The notes beneath the pieces are model-generated. The model made no database searches. It saw only the letters and a program-made list of their open reading frames with translations, and was not told the origin of the DNA. A DNA stretch of 64,000 bases, taken from contig JAQGDQ010000417.1 in NCBI GenBank assembly GCA_030141605.1, positions 139,589 to 203,588 on the forward strand. Direction: 5' to 3'. The position numbers were made by a program, and so were the translations under genes. Numbering within the stretch: the stretch's first letter is position 1; the number at the start of each line of letters is the position of its first letter. This DNA is from Tubiluchus corallicola. Taxonomy: Eukaryota; Animalia; Priapulida. This document shows, piece after piece, positions 55,466 through 64,000 of the stretch.

Positions 55466-56311
55466 TTATCTGCACAAACAGATTTTTTTGAATGCTTTTC
55501 TAAACTTGCTATTCATTGCAGCATAGATGATTGGATTGGCAAAACTGTTGCAATATCCAAACCAAATGCAGAAGAAAAAATTCAGAGTGCTATTTGCCGA
55601 ATCTGGTTTTCTTATTATGAAATTAGGCCCCCAGCAAATGAAGAATACAACAGTGCTCACAAGTAACATCTTTGTTGCTTTCATTTCTGACACCTTTACA
55701 CTAGACTGTGGATTTTCTTGCCGAATTCTCAACACTTGCCTCCGTGCAGCCTTCCATATTATTGTGTATAACACTGATAGCATGATTACAGGCAAATAAA
55801 AGAACAGAATTTTATCCATTAGAAACACTGAATGAAATCCTTTCAAGTTTAGTGCCATGATTAAATAGGCTGCAGCAAACCCAAGAAGCCAAGTAGCACA
55901 AATGAAAGCAGCTATCATCCTCCCCGTGATGTAGATGTTGTACTTATAGGGATGTAAAATAGCCAAATATCTTTCCACAGCTATAATGCATAGGTGCATT
56001 ATGCTCACATTTGTCAAAAGCGTCATGGTGAAGCGAATGACATGTCTTAAAATTTCGTTAGCTAGTCTCAAGCGAATTACTTGCAAAGGCATTATTTCTC
56101 CAACCAACAAATCCACCACGGCTAGTGACACGATCAGAGCATTCATTTTCGTTCGCAGCTGCTCGTACTTGTAAACTGCGACAAGAATTAACATGTTGCC
56201 AGCAATCACAATGAAAGCAGTGACCACAAACAAGTATAAAGCAATTTGCCAAATATGCAAGTTTTTCACCTCTGCTTGTCCAGTCGCATTTGCCGTAAAA
56301 TTATCCATCAT
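55466..56311 (-). CDS. Intronless orphan class A GPCR, 281 aa
   Basis: Complete 7TM motif set; Glu in TM2 (LLVGEIMP). Confidence 0.93.
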   Translation of the reverse strand: MMDNFTANATGQAEVKNLHIWQIALYLFVVTAFIVIAGNMLILVAVYKYEQLRTKMNALIVSLAVVDLLVGEIMPLQVIRLRLANEILRHVIRFTMTLLTNVSIMHLCIIAVERYLAILHPYKYNIYITGRMIAAFICATWLLGFAAAYLIMALNLKGFHSVFLMDKILFFYLPVIMLSVLYTIIWKAARRQVLRIRQENPQSSVKVSEMKATKMLLVSTVVFFICWGPNFIIRKPDSANSTLNFFFCIWFGYCNSFANPIIYAAMNSKFRKAFKKICLCR

Positions 56312-56690
56312 ACACGCATGTTAACTGCCCTCTAATTGTATTTTGCACAGTTCTCTACACACAATATTCCAATATACAAATACCACATTTTACATGTTTT
56401 TGATGAACATTTACAGAGAGATCGAGTTTGCATGTCTATGCATTGGATTCTGTTTTAGCCTAACGAAAATAGGTCTGAGCTGCATAGAACAGGATTTTAA
56501 CAATTAGTGGTGTATTATATACTAAGTGAAGCCTGCGTTGACAGATCATTTACTGTTTATCAAATGCAACAGCCATGACAACATTTCTATTTACCATCAA
56601 ATAGAGTCTTTGTTGCTCTGTTCACTAGAAAAGGTGTGTCATGTATGAAACAGCATTGTCTGGAGCACATTAGTGTCTGTTTATTCACTT

Positions 56691-56865
56691 TCAGAGCATT
56701 CATTTTCGTTCGCAGCTGCTCGTACTTGTAAACTGCGACAAGAATTAACGTGTTGCCAGCAATCACAGCAAAAGCAGGGACCACAAACAAGTATAAAGCA
56801 ATTTGCCAAATATGCAAGTTTTTCACCTCTGCTTGTCCAGTCGCATTTGCTGTAAAATTATCCAT
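56691..56865 (-). pseudogene. GPCR 5' remnant (N-terminus, TM1, ICL1)
   Basis: Homology stops at KMNAL and is fused to spacer sequence. Confidence 0.9.
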
Positions 56866-58100
56866 CACACACGCATAAGTTAAGGGCCATGTTTAATTCG
56901 ATAATGCACTAGTCCATCATCCTAGGTACCTCAAACAGTTCTCTTATATAAAGTGCCATACAATGTATTTTTTACTGTACAAATACCACATTTTACATGT
57001 TTTTGATGAACGTTTAAGAGAGATCAACTTTGCATGTCTATGCATTGGACTCTGTTTTAGCCTAATGAAAAAAGCTCTGAGATGCATGGAACAGGATCTT
57101 AACAATTAGTGGTGTGTTATATACTAAGTGAAGCCTGCGCTGACAGATCATTTACTGTTTATCAAATGCAACAGCAATGACAACATTTCTATTTACCATC
57201 AAATAGAGTCTTTGTTGCTCTGTTCACTAGAAAAGGTGTGTCATGTATGAAACAGCATTGTCTGGAGCACATTAGTGTCTGTTTATTTTTCTGTTACATT
57301 AGTTATACGTAGCTTTTGTGGTCAAATGTCAAACGTCATGATGTGTCACCATCTGAGCCCCTACACCAGATGTCTACCCTTCAAGTTTTGGGACTCTACG
57401 TATTGGGTTTTTTTAGTTATTGAGTGTCATAGTGGAGAATAAAAACAAATAAATAAACTGTTTGTGAAAAAGAAGATTCGCATGACCTTAAGGCACACCT
57501 GAGTATGCAATAATTTATTATGGATTATCCTAGGTGCTAAATCAATTGCACAAAAAAAAACTCATTTGCTTATTAATTACAGCAGGTATGCCTTAATACT
57601 TTAAAATGAATTGTCCTGTCTGGCATTACACTAAAACAAAGACTGATCGCAAGAGATTGTCTGGTGATGGCATTAAACTTACACATTAAAGATAGCTGGT
57701 TCAAATCCAGGTTTATAAAAGATTTGCTCAAAGTTTTGTTAAGCTTCGAGTTCAAAAATTTAACGATTGCAGTACATTGTTAGGGCAAGTGGAACGTTCA
57801 AGTGGTAACTGTGACTACATTCTGGGAGTTTTTTACTAAACGAAGGAATAAATAACCCAAAAATGCATGCTGTGCTCTGAAGTTATGACAAATCACAAAA
57901 TCTCACCCGGAAGTTTTAAAAGATTCGAACTCCAAAAAATCCCAGATGGGTGAAAAAATTCTAGACTGGTGACTCCTAAACTACTTGCCTTGTTCTTCTT
58001 CTTGCTTCACGCTGGAAACAGCTAATAGCTTAATATCCGCTGAACATTCGACTGATGGTAAACTCATTCAACTGAAAGCCCCATGCCAAGGGGAAATTTT

Positions 58101-58327
58101 AAAAGCCCACAAACTGGTAAATGCTTTCACACTTGTCCACTGGACAACATTAAAGTAGAAGCCCACAAGCTGGCAAACGCTTTCACACTTGTTAATTGGA
58201 CAACATTAAAGTAGAAGCACACAAACCAGTAAATGCTTTCACACTTGTCCAATGGACAACATTAAAGTAGAAGCCCACAAACTGGCAAACGCTTTCACAC
58301 TTGTCCATTGGACAACATTTAAGTAGA
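58101..58327. repeat. 56-bp minisatellite, about 4 copies
   Basis: Duplicate of the 54.9-kb array. Confidence 0.93.
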
Positions 58328-58685
58328 CTACGATTAAGCAAAAGCTTGTTTGATGTTTTGAACTTTTTGTATCTTGTCAGTTACCAGAGCCAAGAAGATA
58401 CTAAAGAGAACCTCTCAAATGAGTTCGTTCTTTGAATGAGACCACAAGTGTGAATATGTTATTGGTCTTTATTTTCACAATACCTGTATGCTGATGTATA
58501 ATGCCTTTACTGCATTATTTACTGCAATTACACCTGTTGTTCCTGATCACAGTAACGTTTCCCTTAATGGCTATGGCTGTAAAACATTCGGCTAATGTGT
58601 TTCAGTTTTTTTGTAGCCATGATATCGATGTATTTTTTGTTGGTTAAACAATACTGGCATATACATAAGTAAATCTCTTTAGTTT

Positions 58686-59531
58686 TTATCTGCACAAACA
58701 GATTTTTTTGAATGCTTTTCTAAACTTGCTATTCATTGCAGCATAGATGATTGGATTGGCAAAACTGTTGCAATATCCAAACCAAATGCAGAAGAAAAAA
58801 TTCAGAGTGCTATTTGCCGAACCTGGTTTTCTTATTATGAAATTAGGCCCCCAGCAAATGAAGAATACAACAGTGCTCACAAGTAACATCTTTGTTGCTT
58901 TCATTTCTGACACCTTTACACTAGACTGTGGATTTTCTTGCCGAATTCTCAACACTTGCCTCCGTGCAGCCTTCCATATTATTGTGTATAACACTGATAG
59001 TATGATTACAGGCAAATACAAGAACAGAATTTTATCCATTAGAAACACTGAATGAAATCCTTTCAAGTTTAGTGATATGATTAAATAGGCTGCAGCAAAC
59101 CCAAGAAGCCAAGTAGCACAAATGAAAGCAGCTATCATCCTCCCCGTGATGTAGATGTTGTACTTATAGGGATGTAAAATAGCCAAATATCTTTCCACAG
59201 CTATAATGCATAGGTGCATTATGCTCACATTTGTCAAAAGCGTCATGGTGAAGCGAATGACATGTCTTAAAATTTCGTTAGCTAGTCTCAAGCGAATTAC
59301 TTGCAAAGGCATTATTTCTCCAACCAACAAATCCACCACGGCTAGTGACACGATCAGAGCATTCATTTTCGTTCGCAGCTGCTCGTACTTGTAAACTGCG
59401 ACAAGAATTAACATGTTGCCAGCAATCACAATGAAAGCAGTGACCACAAACAAGTATAAAGCAATTTGCCAAATATGCAAGTTTTTCACCTCTGCTTGTC
59501 CAGTCGCATTTGCCGTAAAATTATCCATCAT
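58686..59531 (-). CDS. Intronless orphan class A GPCR, 281 aa
   Basis: Complete 7TM motif set; 5 aa differ from the 55466 copy. Confidence 0.93.
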   Translation of the reverse strand: MMDNFTANATGQAEVKNLHIWQIALYLFVVTAFIVIAGNMLILVAVYKYEQLRTKMNALIVSLAVVDLLVGEIMPLQVIRLRLANEILRHVIRFTMTLLTNVSIMHLCIIAVERYLAILHPYKYNIYITGRMIAAFICATWLLGFAAAYLIISLNLKGFHSVFLMDKILFLYLPVIILSVLYTIIWKAARRQVLRIRQENPQSSVKVSEMKATKMLLVSTVVFFICWGPNFIIRKPGSANSTLNFFFCIWFGYCNSFANPIIYAAMNSKFRKAFKKICLCR

Positions 59532-59910
59532 ACACGCATGTTAACTGCCCTCTAATTGTATTTTGCACAGTTCTCTACACACAATATTCCAATATACAAA
59601 TACCACATTTTACATGTTTTTGATGAACATTTACAGAGAGATCGAGTTTGCATGTCTATGCATTGGATTCTGTTTTAGCCTAACGAAAATAGGTCTGAGC
59701 TGCATAGAACAGGATTTTAACAATTAGTGGTGTATTATATACTAAGTGAAGCCTGCGTTGACAGATCATTTACTGTTTATCAAATGCAACAGCCATGACA
59801 ACATTTCTATTTACCATCAAATAGAGTCTTTGTTGCTCTGTTCACTAGAAAAGGTGTGTCATGTATGAAACAGCATTGTCTGGAGCACATTAGTGTCTGT
59901 TTATTCACTT

Positions 59911-60088
59911 TCAGAGCATTCATTTTCGTTCGCAGCTGCTCGTACTTGTAAACTGCGACAAGAATTAACGTGTTGCCAGCAATCACAGCAAAAGCAGTGA
60001 CCACAAACAAGTATAAAACAATTTGCCAAATATGCAAGTTTTTCACCTCTGCTTCTCCGGTCGCATTTGCTGTACAATTATCCATCAT
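59911..60088 (-). pseudogene. GPCR 5' remnant (N-terminus, TM1, ICL1)
   Basis: Same junction as at 56691; N-terminus MMDNCTANATGE matches the 32620 gene. Confidence 0.9.
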
Positions 60089-61332
60089 ACATGCAAAAGT
60101 TAAGAGCCATGTTTAATTCGATAATGCACTAGTCTATCATCCTAGGTACCTCAAACAGTTCTCTTTTATAAAGTACCACACAATGTATTTTTTAGTGTAC
60201 AAATACCACATTTTACATGTTTTTGATGAAAGTTTAAGAGAGATCGAGTTTGCATGTCTACGCAATGGACTCTGTTTTAGCCTAATGAAAAAAGCTCTGA
60301 GCTGCATGGAACAAGATCTTAACAATTAGTGGTGTGTTATATACTAAGTGAAGGCTTCGTTTACAGATCACTTACTGTCTATCAAATGCAACAGACATGA
60401 CGACATTTCTATTTACCATCAAATAGAGACTTTATTGCTCTGTTCATTAAAAACCGTGTGTCACGTATGAAACAAACAATATTGCCTGGAGCACATTAGA
60501 GTCTGTTTACTTTTCTGTTGCATTAGTTATACGTAGCTTTTGTGGTCAAATGTCAAACGTCACTATATGTCACCATCTGAGCCCCTACACCAGATGTCTA
60601 CCCTTCAAGTTTCGTGACTTTTGGTATTGAGGTCTTTTAGTTATTGGGTGTCATAATGAAGAATAAAAACAAATAAATAAACTGTTTGTGAAAAAGAAGA
60701 TTTGCATGTATCGCAGGACCTTAAGGCACACCTTAGTGTGCAATAATTTATTACGGATTATCCTAGGCACTAAATCAAGTACACAAAAAATCTCATTTGC
60801 TTATTAATTACAGCAGGTGTGCCTTAATACTTTAAAATGAATTGTCCTGTCTGGAATTAGACTAGAACAAAGACTGATCGCAAGAGATTGTCTGGTGACG
60901 GCATTAAACCTACACATTAAAGATAGCTGGTTCAAATCCAGATTTATAAAAGATTTGCTCAAAGTTTTGTTAAGCTTCAATTTCAAAAATTTAACGATTG
61001 CAGTACATTGTTAGGGTAAGTGGAACGTTCAAGTGGTAACTGTGACTACATTCTGGGAGTTTTTTTACTAAACGAAGGAATAAATAACCCAAAAATGCAT
61101 GCTGTGCTCTGAAGTTATGACAAATCACAAAATCTCACCCGGAAGGTTTCAAAGATTCCAACTCCAAAAAATCCCAGATGGGTGAAAGAATTCTAGTCTG
61201 GCGACTCCTAAACTACTCGCCCTGTTCTTCTTCTTGCTTCACACTGGAAACAGCTAATAGCTTAATATCTGCTGTACATTCGACTGACGGTAAACCCATT
61301 CAACTGAAAGCCCCATGCCAGATGGAAATTCT

Positions 61333-61670
61333 AAAAGCCCACAAACTGGTAAATGCTTTCACACTTGTCCATTGGACAACATAAAGTAGAAGCCCACAAG
61401 CTGGTAAATGCTTTCACACTTGTCCATTGGACAACATTAAAGTAGAAACCCACAAACCAGTAAATGCTTTCACACTTGTCCATTGGAAAACCTTAAAGTA
61501 GAAGCAAACAAACTGGTAAATGCTGTCACACTTGTCCATTGGACAACATTAAAGTAGAAGCCCACAAACTGGTAAATGCTGTCACACTTGTCCATTGGAC
61601 AACATTAAAGTAGAAGCCCACACACTGGTAAATGCTTTCACACTTGTCCATTGGACAACATTTAAGTAGA
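61333..61670. repeat. 56-bp minisatellite, about 6 copies
   Basis: Same unit as the 31.2-kb array. Confidence 0.93.
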
Positions 61671-62029
61671 CTACGATTAAGCAAAAACTTGTTCGATGTT
61701 TTGAAATTTTTGTATCTTGTCAGTCACCAGAACCAAGAAGATACTAAAGAGAACTTCTCAAATGAGTTCGTTCTCTGAAAGACACCACCTGTGTAAATAT
61801 GTTATTGGTCTTTATTTTCACAATACCTGTACGCTGATGTATAATGCCTTTACTGCATTATTTATTGCAATTACACCTGTTGTTTCTGAACAGAGTAATG
61901 TTTTCCCTTAATGGCTTTGCCTGTAAAACATTCAGCTAATGTGTTTCAGTTTTTTTGTTGCCATGATATCGATGTATTTTTTGTTGGTTAAGCAATCCTG
62001 GCATATACATAAGTAAATCTCTTTACTTT

Positions 62030-63624
62030 TTATCTGCACAAACAGATTTTCTTGAAAGCTTTTCTAAACATGCTATTCATTACAGCATAGATAATTGGAT
62101 TGGCAAAACTATTGTATAAGTCAAGCCAAATGTAGGAGATAGTTTGCATACACACAAGTACATCAGATTAATCTTTATCTGCACAAGCAGATTTTCTTGA
62201 AAGCTGTTCTAAACTTGTTTTTCATTACAGCATGAATAATTGGATTGGCAAAACTATTGCATAAGCCAAGCCAAAGGTAGAAAATAGTTTGCATACACAC
62301 AAGTACATCAGGTTAATCTTTATCTGCACAAGCAGATTTTCTTGAAAGCTGTTCTAAACTTGTTTTTCATTACAGTATGGATAATTGGATTGGTAAAGCT
62401 ATTGCATAAGCCAAGCCAAAGGTAGAAAATAGTTTGCATACACACAAGTACATCAGATTAATCTTTATCTGCACAAGCAGATTTTCTTGAAAGCTGTTCT
62501 AAACTTGTTTTTCATTACAGCATGAATAATTGGATTGGCAAAACTATTGCATAAGCCAAGCCAAAGGTAGAAAATAGTTTGCATACACACAAGTACATCA
62601 GATTAATCTTTATCTGCACAAGCAGATTTTCTTGAAAGCTGTTCTAAACTTGTTTTTCATTACAGCATGAATAATTGGATTGGCAAAACTATTGCATAAG
62701 CCAAGCCAAAGGTAGAAAATAGTTTGCATACACACAAGTACATCAGATTAATCTTTATCTGCACAAGCAGATTTTCTTGAAAGCTGTTCTAAACTTGTTT
62801 TTCATTACAGCATGAATAATTGGATTGGCAAAACTATTGCATAAGCCAAGCCAAAGGTAGAAAATAGTTTGCATACACACAAGTACATCAGATTAATCTT
62901 TATCTGCACAAGCAGATTTTCTTGAAAGCTGTTCTAAACTTGTTTTTCATTACAGCATGAATAATTGGATTGGCAAAACTATTGCATAAGCCAAGCCAAA
63001 GGTAGAAAATAGTTTGCATACACACAAGTACATCAGATTAATCTTTATCTGCACAAGCAGATTTTCTTGAAAGCTGTTCTAAACTTGTTTTTCATTACAG
63101 CATGAATAATTGGATTGGCAAAACTATTGCATAAGCCAAGCCAAAGGTAGAAAATAGTTTGCATACACACAAGTACATCAGGTTAATCTTTATCTGCACA
63201 AGCAGATTTTCTTGAAAGCTGTTCTAAACTTGTTTTTCATTACAGTATGGATAATTGGATTGGTAAAGCTATTGCATAAGCCAAGCCAAAGGTAGAAGAT
63301 AGTTTGCATATACACAAGCACATCAGATTAATCTTTATCTGCACAAGCAGATTTTCTTGAAAGCTGTTCTTAACTTGTTATTCACTGCAGCATGGATAAT
63401 TGGATTGGCAAGACTATTGCATAAGCCAAGCCAAAGGTAGAAGATAGTTTGCATACACACAAGTTCGTCAGACTAATCCTTATCTGTACAAGCAGATTTT
63501 CTTCAATGCTCTTCTAAACTTGTTATTCATTACAGCATGGATAATTGGATTGGCAAAACTATTGCATAAGCCAAGCCAAAGGTAGAAGATAGTTTGCATA
63601 CACACAAGTATATCAGATTAATCT
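62030..63624 (-). repeat. 145-bp tandem array of GPCR TM7-helix8-stop, 11 extra copies
   Basis: Stop codon recurs every 145 bp from 63480 to 62030. Confidence 0.96.
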
Positions 63625-64000
63625 TTATCTGCACAAGCAGATTTTCTTGAAAGCTGTTCTAAACTTGGTATTCATTACAGCATAGATAATTGGATTGGCA
63701 AAACTGTTGCATAAGCCAAGCCAAAGGCTGAAGATGTTTACGATGTTATCTGCAGGACCTGCTTGTGCAATTATGAAATTAGGTCCCCAGCAAACGAAGA
63801 ATACAACAGTGGTTACAAGCAACATCTTTGTTGCTTTCATTTCTGCCACCTTTACACTAGACTGTGGATTTTCTTGATGAATTCTCAACACTTGCCTCCG
63901 TGCAGCCTTCCATATTATTGTGTATAATATTGATAATGCGATTATAGGCAAATAAAAGAACAGAATTTTATCCATTAAAAGTGCTGAAGGAAATCCTTTG
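63625..64000 (-). CDS. Orphan class A GPCR, 3' part (5' end outside window); close paralog of the 27430 gene
   Basis: KGFPSALLMDKILFFYLP...CWGP...PADNIVNIF...NPIIY; open to the window edge. Confidence 0.88.
   Translation of the reverse strand, partial: KGFPSALLMDKILFFYLPIIALSILYTIIWKAARRQVLRIHQENPQSSVKVAEMKATKMLLVTTVVFFVCWGPNFIIAQAGPADNIVNIFSLWLGLCNSFANPIIYAVMNTKFRTAFKKICLCR

Larger units (their letters stand above)
53500..59940. repeat. Recent 3,220-bp tandem duplication (2 units)
   Basis: Constant 3,220 offset (54353/57573, 55466/58686, 56587/59807); units nearly identical. Confidence 0.93.

Noticed and set aside
62030-63624. 145-bp cassettes as alternative terminal exons
   Set aside because: No AG acceptor precedes the TM7 frame in the unit, and the genes are intronless with no matching donor.

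Overview
AT-rich eukaryotic (invertebrate-like) genomic DNA. The left 25 kb holds the 3' part of a polycystin-1-like (PKD1L/REJ family) gene on the minus strand. I could join 14 GT-AG exons (24830 to 5987) into one open, phase-consistent frame of about 1,090 codons, running from mid-PLAT domain to the channel domain and stop. Its 5' exons are not visible, so the rest of the window may be one intron of at least 39 kb. That region (about 26.9-64 kb) is a same-strand tandem cluster of intronless, very compact (276-281 aa) orphan class A GPCR genes: 8 intact ORFs, 1 cut by the window edge, and about 6 pseudogenes or fragments. The copies are mosaics of one another, lack the TM3-ECL2 disulfide, and are separated by a duplicated spacer carrying a 56-bp palindromic minisatellite. 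Two genes are trailed by 145-bp tandem arrays made of their own TM7-helix8-stop. A young, intact BEL/Pao LTR retrotransposon (444-bp LTRs, tRNA-Phe PBS, N-terminal SAP-like domain) sits inside the cluster. Several MITEs, two LINE relics, and micro- and minisatellites are also present. All calls come from manual reading; no database search or alignment program was run.
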